This document shows positions 41,210 through 55,319 of a stretch of 64,000 nucleotides of DNA, piece by piece. Source of the stretch: Lama glama (Eukaryota); the NCBI GenBank assembly GCA_028534125.1, contig CM052817.1, positions 74,030,001 to 74,094,000 of the forward strand, read 5' to 3'. The notes under the pieces are model-generated. The model searched no databases, was not told where the DNA came from, and was given only the letters and a program-made list of their open reading frames with translations. The position numbers and the translations under genes were made by a program. Within the stretch, counting starts at the first letter, position 1. Each line of letters begins with the position of its first letter.

Positions 41210-42029
41210 AAAAAAGAAAAAAATTAGTCATCAACAGATTTGTACTTGTGGTCATATAGAATTTTTGTTTTCATTGTTTTAAAAATTATTATCAAAACAA
41301 AGTATATTAAAACATTATGAGACTTCATAATGGTCAATTTGTATTAATCTAAACATTTCCATCTTTTCTATTTGTATCACTAGGTCCTGAGGACATAATT
41401 TTCTATATACCAGAGATATATTCAGACCTATCTCTTACAGAAAATGGTTTCTATGAAACTCTTCAATTCTCCAAATATTTAGTGAGGTCTGATAAAGTGT
41501 GTAGAGCCGTTTAGGAACATTTTCTGAACAAAAAAAGTGATGACACAGATAGTGGCTGTAGAGTGTGAGTCTGCAGGCTGTATTTCTCTGGAGGGGCTCA
41601 TTTTTAAAACGCAATGAACATGCCTTTACAGGCTAGAGATAATCTTCCAAAATACACACCACTTTCAGGCTGAGTGCTTGATTTTCTTTGTAGAGCACTC
41701 CAGTTTCCTTTATGTTCCATGTTTTTGCCAGTGAACTAAGAGTCAGGGTCTTGGCAATGACCTGGGAGGCAGCAGTGATCGCTTGGCCAACTGGGAAGGA
41801 GCTGCATCTGCCTGCCCTTAAGTGAAGACTTTCCCACAACTCAGCAACTGGATTTGGTTCCTCCAGGAAGTTCATTCAAACCATGGACTTCAAAGCTCTT
41901 GAAACACGGAAATGTAACTACCTTTGGGATTCATTTCTTCTCCAGGTCCAAAAGATTACTGCTTTGGGGCTAGAATTCCCTAACCAGTAAGTCTTTGGCT
42001 TAGGCTTTTTTTTAACCCCTCACTTAAAA

Positions 42030-42660
42030 ATGTGTTTTTAAATTTTAAAGTCATATTATTTTGTAGTAAAATTTTAAAAATGTGGAAATGTGCCAAATTT
42101 TTCCCTATCTCTTTACCCAATTCCACTCTCTGGAATAAAATAATTTTAATTTTATGTGTATCCTTTCAACTTTTTGTGTATCTTTCAACATTTATATTTT
42201 TCCCTTTGTAAACATAAAGAAACACTTTTCTCACTGAAGTGTGATCATGCAATAAATATGAATTACTAGGCTAATTGTGTTTTTCATTTTACATTAAATC
42301 ATGGGCACCATTTCATGTGAGAAGCATTTTTTTTCTATTTAAAATAAGTAATGTGTGTTGTACACACATACATACATTTGCATCTTTGAGAGTATTTCTA
42401 GCAGATAAAAGTACAATTACTGGGTCAAAGAATATCCACATTTAAAATTTTGTTGGGAAGACAAAGCAAATTGCCTTCCAAAATGGTTGTACCTCCAACA
42501 ATGTGAGAGTGCCAACAGGCCTACATCATTACTAATAATAGTCATTATCAATAAATGAAATTGCCTATTTAATTGGAAAAAAATTATCTCATGTTAGTAT
42601 GAATTTGATTATTAGTGAAATAAACCATTTTCTTATGTATTTATCAACCATTCCTTCCTC
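42030..42660 (-). mobile_element. Old L1 (L1ME-like) fragment
   Basis: tgggtcaaag...caaattgccttccaaaatggttgtacc...aatgtgagagtgcc; boundaries approximate. Confidence 0.6.
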
Positions 42661-42717
42661 TACTATGGCCTGGCTTTATTTTAAAAGAAAATTTTAGCTC
42701 TGGAGTTTTGTCTTATA

Positions 42718-42945
42718 ATAATAGCTAACGTTTGCTGAGTGCTTACGTGCCATGCAGTGTACTAAGCATTATATTAACTGATAAATTCTCATAATTTATG
42801 ATGGGTTTTACCATTAGCCCAGTTTATTGATGAGAAAATGGAGGTACAGAGAGGTTAAGTAACTTGCTCAATTTCACTCAGCCTTAGGTGGCACAGGTGG
42901 GCCATCCACTCCACAGCCCGTGCCCTCAGTCACTACACAGCACAG
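42718..42945 (-). mobile_element. MIR SINE
   Basis: gatgagaaaatggaggtacagagaggttaagtaacttgctcaa core. Confidence 0.75.
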
Positions 42946-45311
42946 CTTTTCCATAATTACACTGGCTGTATGTCTAGAAGTTTAGAAGGTATGAGTCATT
43001 TGGACAAGCATAGGGTGAAGGTATAAAATTTGGTGTATGTATATTATAGAGTGTGAGATAAAATTACTCGAGTTTTTTGTTGTTCTTGTTTGCTTTTTCG
43101 TTGCAATAAGTTCTGAAACATCATCAAATGACAACATGCTCCAGAGATCACCAGTTATTATTCTCCTCTGCATTCTCCTCTCCTAAATGAAAAGATGTGA
43201 TACTAAAAACTGCAAATGTGTCCGAAAGCTTATGCAACTTTCCCTCCATCTCCATTGCATTCTGGATATTTATAAGTCCTTTAATGATGAAGTTACTATT
43301 TTCAATTCTATTATTTTTACAGATAAAATGGACCTCTTAAAATGATCACTTAAAGCTTCATATGGGCTTATTATGAAATCCATGGTTACAAGTACATGTA
43401 ATTTCATTTACTGGCACAGATAGGTTTTACTTTCAATTAGAACCTATAATAATGATGCAATCAACACAATGTGCTCTAGACAAATTATAATACAAAGTAA
43501 TTAAATACTAGAGGGAAAGCACTTCCAACAAATCCATTATTGTCTCTATAATGGTGATAACAATTTTCTGGTATTTCTTTCCTTTGAATGTGACTAATGT
43601 AGATATGATATATATTCATATTTATCTTTGTTTTTGACCACAGGTACCTAGAAAATCTTTACATACTACAAATAAAATTGTTAGTGTTTACCATTGATTA
43701 AAAAGCTTATTGTCAGTAATAAAATTGCTACTGCATATAATTATCTCCTTAACTGCATTACGTATCCCATGAGAAATGTCAGATTATAAATCACTGGGAT
43801 CAGGACTCACATTGATTGTTGTTACCTTAGCACCTAACTCAGCAACTAAGACATAATGTTTGGTCAATTAACGAATACTGAAGTAATGATTAAATGAATT
43901 AACCAAGCCAGAAAATCATGCTACCCATCTATTGTCAGTCTAGACTTTACATATGCTTAAAAAGGAAAACGAATCACTAAAATTTAGTTACATATGATGA
44001 TAGGTTTTATTTCTTAAGAAGTTTATATCTGAAGAATATTAAAAAGTCAGGTGTAACTATTAAATTTAAGGAGAATAGAGGTTTAGATTAGATAGTAAAC
44101 TGTCTGACAGTACTCTCGCTCATTTTCTAGCGGTCATTTTTCTCATTATTCAATAACATCCTTGTGCAAATGGAACCATTTTATCATTTTTGCTATATGT
44201 GTGATAAATGTCCAGAAAGGAAAAAAATGGAGTCATAATAGAACACACTGCCTTAAAGAGAAACTATTGAATTTTCTAACTTTAACACATTTCTATACTC
44301 ACATTACTGTTTAATTAAGCACAAAATTAAGCAGTAGTGATTACACATTTTTGAAAAATTTTAGTGTGCTATGTGAAGTCTTATACAGCGTCACAAATTA
44401 AATCAGTACCATGAATAAACTGTTAGATTAATTAAGAGTCTTTGTGAATAAACTGATGTTAGGATTCTGCTATAATATGAGGCATATCAATTATATATTT
44501 GAAGCATTAATTATCATTTATGAACCTCAAGAACATTAGGGCTTAAAGGAAAAAGAGAAGCTAATTCTAGAAATACGAAAAGATGAGACTCCACATATCA
44601 AAAAGATAAACATTTTTGTTGTTATTAATAGGAATGCTGGTTCATTCTGTGTTATCCAGCAAGAATGAATTATTTTTACTCCTAGTATACATATTTGTGA
44701 GTCATATCAGAAATGCGTGAAAGGAGTTTCATCTTGCATAAAACCCTTACAAAATTTCAGGAGGATTACAGCCTCAACTATGACACTAAGCAGCTTCTAG
44801 AGTCTAGGATGTCCAGACTGGACTTTGGAAGACAAAGCGGGCCACATTAACCAGGAACCAGCACTGACATAGAGATGAGGAGCAATGTCCCAGAAGGCGG
44901 GGCAAAACCCAGGAACCTCAGGCTGTAGGCACATTGGTAAACAGGAAGCCAGACCAGGGCCCAGCTAACTTACAATGAGGAGGCAATCTAGCCAAGGCAG
45001 GGCCAGGAATGTCTCCAACAAAAAGGACTAATTTCCCCTGGAACTCTAAGCATAAAGCTGAATAACAAATTCAGTGAGCAGAAGCCACCAGACCTGAAAT
45101 TTAAGGCTCTGGACAGAGACAGCAGGAGTCATGGAACAAAGAATCACAATGGTCAGATTTGTTGTTTGTTTGTACAAAAACATTTCATTAGCTGCTTTGC
45201 ATTTAGGTGACTGGTGTGTGGTCTAGTGATCTCCAGGGCAGAGGCTGTGATGGTGATGTATTCGTCTGGGTTACCTGCACAGTGCCCAGCACACTGCCTT
45301 CCATATCAGTG

Positions 45312-45490
45312 AACAATAACAGCAAACATCCATTGGTTGCTCCCCACGTGCCAAGCCCAAGCATTGTTCTAAGTCTCTACAGGCTATAACAGAACCACCC
45401 CATGATTTAAGATGCCAGTGCTATCTCCTTTTTACAGATGATGAAACTAAAGTAGGGGAAGTTAAGGACTTTTCCCAAGAGCACAAAACA
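45312..45490 (-). mobile_element. MIR SINE
   Basis: ttttacagatgatgaaactaaag...gttaaggacttttcccaag core. Confidence 0.65.
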
Positions 45491-46199
45491 CAAGAAATAA
45501 AACGAGTTTGTTTACTCTCATTGTGCTGCCCTAATAGTTGTCCATTGGACCCAATCTGGAGAGCAAGAGAAAGGCAGGTCAAGCATCTCTGGGGAGCCCA
45601 AAGGATTCCGCGGGAAGACTGGGAAGAAAAGTGACATAAAGGCATTCCTATTTACATTCCCTTTAATTCCCTGATTAAAGTCAGTTCAACTGCTGGTAAG
45701 AACTGCTCAGAGTGAAGCAAATCAGCGTTCATTAACTGAGGTGTTACTGGTTTTTTTTTGTCCAGACAATCCTTCACCATGTGGGACGGTCTCTTGAATG
45801 GCAAAATTATTAGCACCAAGCCACACTAGGTGCCAGGGGCACTACCCTGACAGTGTGCCAATTCCATTATTTGCAGTCACCCCAAGATTGCCCTAGGCAC
45901 CCCAGTTGAGAACTACTGAGCTAAGGGGACAAAGTCTATGGAGATATAATTGAAAAGCTAGCACCACCTTCTAACATACATAGTCAATCAAGCCAACCAG
46001 AGGTGCAAGGGTCCTTTGGGCAGACATCTATGATGGAACATTGTATCTTCAGTACCTTACAGAGGGCCTAGCATATAAAAGGGGCTTACTAAATCTTTGC
46101 TGAATCAATAAATGATTAAATGGGTGGATGAAACCGTAAGTATCAGTCCACAATTTTATCGTTTAACAGGTATTTAAGCTAGAATCTGAGGGTGAAGAG

Positions 46200-46935
46200 G
46201 CCTGTCTTTCATATTATTTATCTACCAACCTCTAAACAAATCCTGCTGATTTTATCTCCAACATGGATCTTGAATCAAGACTTCTCTTCATCTCCACCAC
46301 AATGTCACCAGCCCAGGTCATCGCTGTCGGACCTGCACTACTGCAGTAGCCTCCTAATTGGCACCATTTCCTTGCTTGTCCCTCTGCCATCAATTCTTCA
46401 GAAAGCAGCTTTAAATGTACATCAAATTTTGTCTCAGGCTTAAATGAAGCCCTGAAATAACTGTCCATTGCTTTCCCAAGCAAAATCCTGACATGACCTG
46501 CCTGTCTTCTGACCCACCCCGGTGCCCCTCTCCATCCTGTTCCAAGCACAGTGGCCTTGCTCCAGTTACTCAAGAGCACCAAACTCCTTCCCATCCCTGG
46601 GCCTTGTCACATGCTTGTCTCTCTTCCAGAACAACCCCAGTCTGTCTACATTTACTACTTGGTGAGAAAATCCCTCCTATTCTTCAAAATTTGGCTTAAG
46701 TTTTATATTCTCAGACCTCTACTCATTTATCTCACCCCTTTTGAATCTTGTGTCATTCTTCATAACACTATCATCATTATAATTATGTGTCTGTGTCCTC
46801 ATTTGTTTAATGTTTGTCTCTCTACTAGTATTGTTGCTCTGAGAGGGTAAAATCTGTTCCTGCTTTTCCACTATAAAATATCAAGTGTTGACTCATAGTG
46901 CCTGTGACAAGCTCATTAAATGCTTGCTCAGTGAG
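46200..46935 (+). mobile_element. L2 LINE 3' fragment
   Basis: ctactgcagtagcctcctaattgg and a degenerate L2 tail (agtgcctg...ctcattaaatgcttg...gagtga). Confidence 0.65.
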
Positions 46936-48576
46936 TGATCCCAGGGTTTTATATTTCACAGAGAGCCAGATGTGTGGGATGATCACATATCAATGCCATA
47001 ATGGTGATATTCCTGACATCGTATCACCTACCATTATATTTTATAAGAACACAGGGATCTTGCAGGCAGTCTTTCCCTAGAAATCATGTATTTCAGTTTT
47101 GGATCTTATAGTATCTTTCCAACAAGACAGAGCTTGTCTATGAACTAATCATGTCTGATCACAAATGCAGGAAGTATTTGTTGAATTCATTATTGAGGTA
47201 CATACTTGGATGAGAGGTTGAGAAAGGAATAAAAGCACAGTGTTTTATGATTCTAGGAAGATAATGTTTATATTTCACTTTTTGAAGAACTGAACCCATA
47301 CACCTGTTTTACTATAACTGAATACAGAGACCAAGAGCATCTACATGTTCAACTTCTACTTGACATTATGTCTTTCTCATATGTTTAGAAACTTTCAAAG
47401 TTCTTGGTGAATGATGAGTTTTAAGATGAGTCACGTGGTGTAACCATGACATGAGCAGAATCAGCTATGACAGCCAGTTCTGATAAAGTGGCCATGGTGG
47501 GCATGGGAGTGGCTGATATGAATTGGGGATGGAGGGATTCAAAACACAATTCTGGTCCATTGTTAACATCATTGCTAGTACCTTTTTTAGCTAAGATTAA
47601 TTTATTATGTAAGTTATTTTCTAACTAAATACCTAGTATTTGATAACAATGCCGAGGTGGTAGATTATCTGAGGTTTCCAGAAATGATTTTCTGAATATA
47701 TATTGTATGATGGAAATCAAAAAAAGCTGAGAGTTGCCTTTAATAGAAGGTCCAAAGAGTTTCTTATGGATTCTGATGTAGACAGATTTGCTGAGTCATA
47801 CAATCACAATAATAAAACTGAGACAGGCCACTGGAACTGTCCCATTCAAAACCTGAGTCAAACCAGGAGGAAAGGCACCACACTGGGAGAGGCACAGTGT
47901 GGAATATGAGAAGCAGGACAGTGTATTCATGGGCACTGTCCAACCTGTGGTATTAAGCAGAGTGGGGAAGTGGAGTGGGGCTACAGGGTCCTAAATCCTT
48001 CAAAGGAGCACTTACTTTATTGTTGTTTTTCTAATCTCTGGTTGCTGAATCCATCCTCTCAATAATGTTCTGGATTTCACCTTCTCTCATTTTACTTTAT
48101 TCATGATCCCTTATATATCCCTTCTCAACTCTAAAACTCCTGCCACGTCTACTTTGCAATTTTCCCTTCTCAATCCACCTATCTTTCACAAATGCAGGTG
48201 AAAAATCTGAATCACTATTAAAAGTTCAGACACTTAAAACTGTTTTTCCTACTCAATGATTCTGAAAAAGCATGAATGAAATCAGCACTTCTAACCATAA
48301 TTAAGGGCACATGGAATAAAGCAAAAGCAGAAAAGGGATAGGTTACTTTTGTTCCGTTAATATCACAGGCCTCCTCAGGTCTCAGCAATGGCTGAACAAA
48401 TCATCAGCCATTAAACTTATTATTTAATACTTGTCTGTGTGTGGTTTAACAAGATGCCTTGATCTAAGACTGATTAAATGCTCAGCTAGTGTTTTGCCAA
48501 GATGTGCATATTAAAATGAATGCTTCCTAAAGGCAAGGAATAGATTGCAATGTTATGCATTAAAAAAAGTTTGATA

Positions 48577-49320
48577 CAAATTTAAATCACAATGAGATAC
48601 CAACTCACACCCATTAGGATGGCCACTGTAAGAAAAACCAGAAAATAACAAGTGTTGGTGAGGATGTACAGAAACTGGATCACTTATGAATATTGGTGGG
48701 AACGGTGCACTACTGCTGTAAAATGGTCCACCTGCTGTGGAAAATAATATGACAGTTCCAAAAAACCCTTCAAACAGAATTACCATATGATCCACCAATT
48801 CCACTTCTGGATATGTACCCAAAAGAATTAAAAGAAGGGTATCGAAATTAAAAAGATACACCAAATTCATAGCAGCATTATTCACAATAATTAAAACTTG
48901 GAAGCAACCCAACTGTTCATTGGCTGATGACGGGTAAGCAAAATGCAGTGTATGAAAACAATGAAATTTTATTAAGTCTTAAAAAGGAAGTAAATTCTGA
49001 CATATGCTACAACAAGGATGAACTCTGAGGACATTATGCTAAGTGAAACAAGCCAGTCACAAAAGACAAATACTGTATAACTTCACTTATATGAGGTACT
49101 TAAAATAGTCAAAATCAGAGAGAGAAAGTAAAATGGTGGTTGCCAGGGGAAGTTATTGTTTAATGATTGCAGTTTCAGTTCTGCAAGATGAAAAGAGTTC
49201 TGTAGATGGATGGTGATGATGACTGAACAACAGTGTGAATGTGCTTAATGCTACTTAACTGTACACATAAAAATGGTTAAGCAAATGTTAACGTTATGTG
49301 TATTTTACAATAAAACATTT
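48577..49320 (+). mobile_element. L1 (L1MB-like) ORF2 C-terminus plus 3' UTR
   Basis: cacaatgagatacca...cattaggatggc...ttaccatatgatcc...gacattatgctaagtgaaa...gatggtgatga. Degenerate TSD aaagtttgata / aatgtttgatg. Confidence 0.88.
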
Positions 49321-52300
49321 TTTAATCAGAACAAAATAAAATGTTTGATGATAATAATGACGACATTGAAAAAGAATATAATCTAATGAAGACTAAATAA
49401 TGCCATTTCCTATTCCTTTGTGGATTGCAGAGGGACTTGGAAAATTGTCCAGACCATTATTTTGAATGCTAACAAACAATTCTGCATTAGCTAGTTGTTA
49501 TTACTGCTAATTTGTTCACTTTTATTTTTCACTTTTAGGCAGCCTGGTCAAATAGAGAAGGAAGCAGGCTCAACATAACATCAACTGGTTTGTTACTAGC
49601 CAACTTTACGAGGTCATGTCAGGTCAAAATTCTTCTGTGCTGTACTTTGCCTATTCATAAATTGCAAAGGGAAAGGACAGCATTCCTCCTTATTCTGAGC
49701 CACCACATAAGGGTTGTGCAATTTGTGTTCTACACAAAGGCACAAGCCAAGGGGGTAAGGGAGGGCTGTAATCCAGCTCTATTCCACCCTCTCCCAGCAC
49801 AGTGCTCATACAGGAGCATTTTCTAATGGCATAGAAATACTAAGAGGCTAACAGTAGCTCTGTCCCTATTTGACAAAGTTCCATGAGTAATTTAGTTCAC
49901 ATTACCCCTGCTCACCAAGATATGACCACCAAGACCCCAGAACCACTTTGGGATACCCAAGGACACTCAGTGAGGCAGCTGAAGTGTTCTCCTCCTGGGA
50001 ATATCAAGTTTGACCTGTAGTGTCTGTGAGGTGTGAGCCATTTAAAAAATCCTTCATAAGTCCTAACGGAAATCTTAAAATTGAATATAAGGCAGTGCAA
50101 CCTGTGTTTGGAGATCAGCAGAACTGTTTGCCTCTCTCATGTCTTATCATAGAACATATCGTTTTTCACTTGGGGTTGGTCTAAGGGGCAGATTATTTCA
50201 GCAGCTGATGACTTGCAGCTACATAGCTTTGCACCAGGCCTACTCTGAGCTCACTGAAATCCTGCTTGGCACATGCACATACTTTCTGAGAATGGATGAA
50301 CTGATATAATAATTCACTCAACTCTCTAGAAGAAAAAGTTGTAATTGACATCACAGTGCCTATGTCTATAGAAAAAAGAAAAAACAATTTTGAAAAACTG
50401 ATAATCTATCAGGTAGATTGTGGTGAGTGCCTTGTTGAGACATTAGGCTCCTCTGCCAAGCATGGGCTCTGGTCCCTCAGATTTCCATCCAGTCCCTAGA
50501 GCTGAAGCTGGACCCGCACCCAAATGTGTGAGACACTCCTGCAGGTGAGAGATCTGGCTGAAGAGAGTTGGGTACAGCCTGGACCCACAGTTTGGCAACA
50601 ATAATCTTCAGCAGAAGATTTTGAGATGTGAGATCAAAGGAGAAATATCTTTCAACACTCAGGTAATTTACAATATAAATTTTAAAATTCCGTTCTTGTA
50701 ATTACTACTTAATTTTCTGCTTCATCTAGTCGAGCTAACTGCATATCCTAGCCACATTTTTAAAAGAAGTTAGTTTTCACATATTCTCTGCAAGTTTTTT
50801 TAAAAATAGTGAAGTCACTAATAGTGATCTTTATTTGATGACCTCAATATTTTTAGTAATTTCTTATAATTATGTATATTGTATTTGTTTTGTATATATC
50901 TCATATATACATGTAAAATCTCACTTATAAAAATGTAGTTTCTAATTTTAAGTAGTGAAAGAAAAATTTCTAACATATATCATACATCTCAACAAGATAA
51001 CTGATACCCTATGCTCTAATGTGCATTAAAAAAACCCCAAAACAGGAAAAAAAAGCACTTACCATTTATAGATTTACATATACTACAGATATTCTAAAGA
51101 ATCACAAGAGAATATTTACAAAACATGTCTTTAAAAGAGTAGGAAAGTCCATCTAATCAGATACAATTTGAGTACTACAGAGAAATTATCTATTAACTGC
51201 AAAACTGGAACCAGTAAATCAGAAGTACTACTCTAGAAAAAAGAAAGTCCTGACACCTGTACTACCTCTTGTCTTTCACTAGACTAAGTTTCAAGCAATG
51301 GACATGATTATTTTAAATATATATGCATATTAAAATCATTGCCATTTAAAAAATGTCTTGTATTACCACAATTTTTGCTCATATTTTGTTATTATTTGTG
51401 CCTGGGCAATCCTCAGAGAAAAATTAAAGTAACTCTTTGAGAAAATCTACCATTTAGCCCTCTGACGAATGTTACTAACTGATCATCATCACCTTATAAA
51501 TTACATATCATTAATCTTTTTATATATACTGAAATAGTCCAGGGCTCCGGCTGAGGTTATGCTGAATCTTCCTGTGAATTCCTGTTTTCATTGTTAATGC
51601 CAAGGCAACTGCCTTTGACTGAAAATATCACTGAAGCTAAGTTTTGTTTCACAAGTTAATTGGGCTGAAACAGTTTATGTATCTCAGTAATTCAACTAAA
51701 AATTGGCTTTAGTCTCCAGAAGAATGAGCCTACATTTAGCTACAAAATGTTTGGATCATCTTATAAAAGCAGCAAAGCCACAGCAAATGATGGGCAAATT
51801 TGCACTCCCAAACTGAGATTCTAACATATTTCTGACCAACAATATTCCAGAAAAAATCCTGGAATAGAGGAGGTGACAGATGAGTAAACCTAGTGATTCA
51901 ATGATACTTCCCTCTAAGACGAAGTTCTGAAACACGGGTTTACCAAGATGACAGGTATCACTCTGGAATATTCAGAAGAACAACAGACTCTCTGCTGGAG
52001 AGGACACACTGTTATTGTTGATCCCTGCAGGTGTGTAGTTTACCGAGGAAGGGCTCCAGCTTATGTGGCTGCCAGTTATTAAATGGTCCTTGTTGCTGTG
52101 AGAATTCTGGGGATAACAGGAGTTTCCTCACTAAGTTCTCCAGTTAGAGACACATTTGTCCCCACAGTTTTCTTACTGATAGTACAAATGCCCCCTTTAT
52201 GAGAAATTAAGCTTGTCACCTATACATCAGTACCATTTACATGCTAATTCTACAAATATGACTGAACTGTATTCCTTATATGTACGAGGCTTGCCCATAT

Positions 52301-55300
52301 TAACAGACAGGGATATAAAAAACTGAGTTGTAAGTTCTGTCATCAAGCGTTTGGTCTACTGGAAAAAGCAGAAGCATAAATCAGAATTTAAAAGTAATAT
52401 TTTTCTGTGGAACATAGTTTAAATCATAGGTCTGTTTATAAATCCGTAAGACTTGGCAAATCCTAGTAACTAGAAAATCTTCTCATTACAGAAGAAATAT
52501 CTGCACCTATAAGTAGAACAGTTGCACCTAACATTCATCTTTTTGGCATGAAAAAAGGAAGAAAATTAGCATGAATGTAGATTCTGTAAGAGTTCACTGA
52601 TAAATAAGCAGTAAGTACCATCCACACTGGATCATTACATCAGTCGATGCCCAATATTACTGCCAATGTATTATCCTTATTATTGGACAACAGATTTCTA
52701 AGTTTGTATTTGCATTTTTAGTTGGGTCTCTGGCGTATGATCGAATGATTTATTGCACATGTGCATGCATACACTTGCACGCACGCCTACTTACTCCCTA
52801 AGTGTGAAAAAACATAACTCCATTTGCTCTGGTAATTTTATCTAATTCTTTCCCCCTGGCTCTATAATGTTCGATGCATTACAAAATAAAAAGTAAGCAT
52901 CATAGTAAAGCTATAGTAATTCAGATTAATTGGCTGATCTGAATAGCCATATTTCTGAATTATGGAACATTTTTCTAAGGAAGTGAGATTATATTTCTTT
53001 TAAATAAAAGGTAATAAAGACTTCTTTGCGTCTTTTGCAAATTAAGAGGCTCTGTCAGAACTCCACCAAGAAATAGCTAAGAATATAACATCAGCATGCT
53101 ACAGGCAAATTACTGTGTTAAGTACTTACTTGAAACCTCATTTATACTCTTTCTCAGCATACTGTTCATCTAGAACAGAAAAAACAACCTAGACCCAGAT
53201 CATTTAAATTACTGTTAATTTAAAAAATTAATGGTTTATTTATGTATTCGTGTGTTACTTATACTACCTTCCAAAAGGGATATGGAACAATTTATTATCT
53301 GTCAAATTATCTAAATTAGCAAATTTTCTCACCTGAACTTTAAGTGCAGGTATCAATGTTTCTTATTGAAGCTATCATACAAAGGAATAACAAATATGTA
53401 CTTAACTGCTACCTACAAAAATCTATACAATCTGAGATTGCCCTCATTTTTCATCCCAACAGCTCAATAAGAGGAAATATGCTTAAATTTAACAATTAAT
53501 TGTTCATTGAATCAAAAGTATTTATTTCTTGTTTATTATATGCAGCCACTGTGTTAAGTGCTTAATTTACTGATTTAATCATTTGGTTTAATAGGATTTT
53601 AAAAAAAATCAACAGGTTCTCAGGAATATATGGCTTAATTTAATTAATTACTGCAGAACTACAAACTCCTAATTCACAGTTGTTGTAGTTTCATCACTAT
53701 TCAACAGTAAGACAACATGATTTTTAGACGTGGATTTAAAGATAAAATATATTCTTTCATACATATTAATTAAACACAATATTTGTAGGAATTATTATTG
53801 ATACCAATTCATCCCTGGAGTATACATGGTAAGTTAGTACAATGCTGATCAGATTTAGCATGATGCCAAAAGTAAAACATGCTTAGATGCTCTGGACCTG
53901 GGTGTTTCAAGGCTAATGTGTGGGTTTTCTTTCACTAAGAGTGTTCTTTTACTTTGTCTCTGACAGAAGCCTCACTTCTGGTCCTCTTGTATGTTCTTTC
54001 CCTCTCTTGCCTCCTGCCCCTGAATCATTTTGTAGGACCCTAGGGAAGGATACCTAGGAGGCCTCAGTGTCTTGCCGCATCTCCAGCTCTAAGATGGTGG
54101 GTTGCTAGATGGATAGGCTAATGGATGGTGCTGCTGTGCAGATCTCTAATGTCAGAGAAGCAAAGATGACTCCCTAGGAGGCACTTCCTGGGATCAGAGG
54201 CAGCAGGGGTAGTAGCAGACTTCCATTTTAGTTGATCACCTGGAGGCTGTTTATTTAACTACATTATTCAAGCCTAGAGTGTACCTATATTCAACTCTTT
54301 ACCATATAAAGAACATATGCCAACAAGCAAATTCAGCATAGTACCATGCCATGAATCTCCTAGATATACTCAATAACAAGATTTGTTATCTGCTTAACAA
54401 ATTATAACATTAGCAGTCCTTGGAAAAAGGTGCAGGAAGAAATGAGTGAAAAATATTGCAGATTGTGACTGTGTAAAAGTTAGCTAGCTTTAGAATTTAA
54501 AATTTCCTTAGGGAATCTATGAAATAGAGACTCCTGTTTCTCTAGCAGGTAACTTAAGATGTCTCTTAGCAGACAACTAAACTTCTTTTAAACTCCCATT
54601 TGAATCTATTAAGTATTTACTTTTCCATTTATAAAATGTCTCCTATATTAATTCTTTGTACTAAAGCTACTTGAATGCCTTGGTACCCAAACTGAAGTAG
54701 ATGAGCATCAAATGGGAAAGACTTTCACACATATATAAATTTATCATCACCTTTTTAAGAAAAAATCTCTCTTTTTTCCCCGATTCTTTGAATTTGAAAC
54801 ATTCCATTTGCTTACTCTGAATTCTTTATCTGTGCCCTTTACTCTTGCTACTGTCCTTGATTCTTTGACCTAAAGTATACTATGCTTAGACCATTTATTA
54901 GGTAAAAATGGTGCTATTAGATTTACAAAAGGAATTTTGGGTGACTGTTACATTTTTTCCGCTAGGAATTTGCATTTTATGATGCTTGAAAGCTGCAGAA
55001 TCACTAAACTTAGAAGCGTTTGAATTAAGTTAAGAAATTCTAAGCTATATAAGAGGAGCTATTTAATTAGCCTCATCTCTAATAGCAAAAGCATAGAAAC
55101 AACCTACATGACCATCTTTGCATGAGTAGGTTAATAATTATGATTCAACAGTTTGATGAGATATTACACTAAACCTAAAACTATAATAATGAGGATGATG
55201 TACAAACAGGAAAATATATTTATAGTGTAAGAGAGAGTATTAGAACACAAAATAATTCAGTGCATGCATATCATTGCAAAAATGTAAGTACACTGGAGTT

Positions 55301-55319
55301 TGCTTTCACTTACCTGTAA

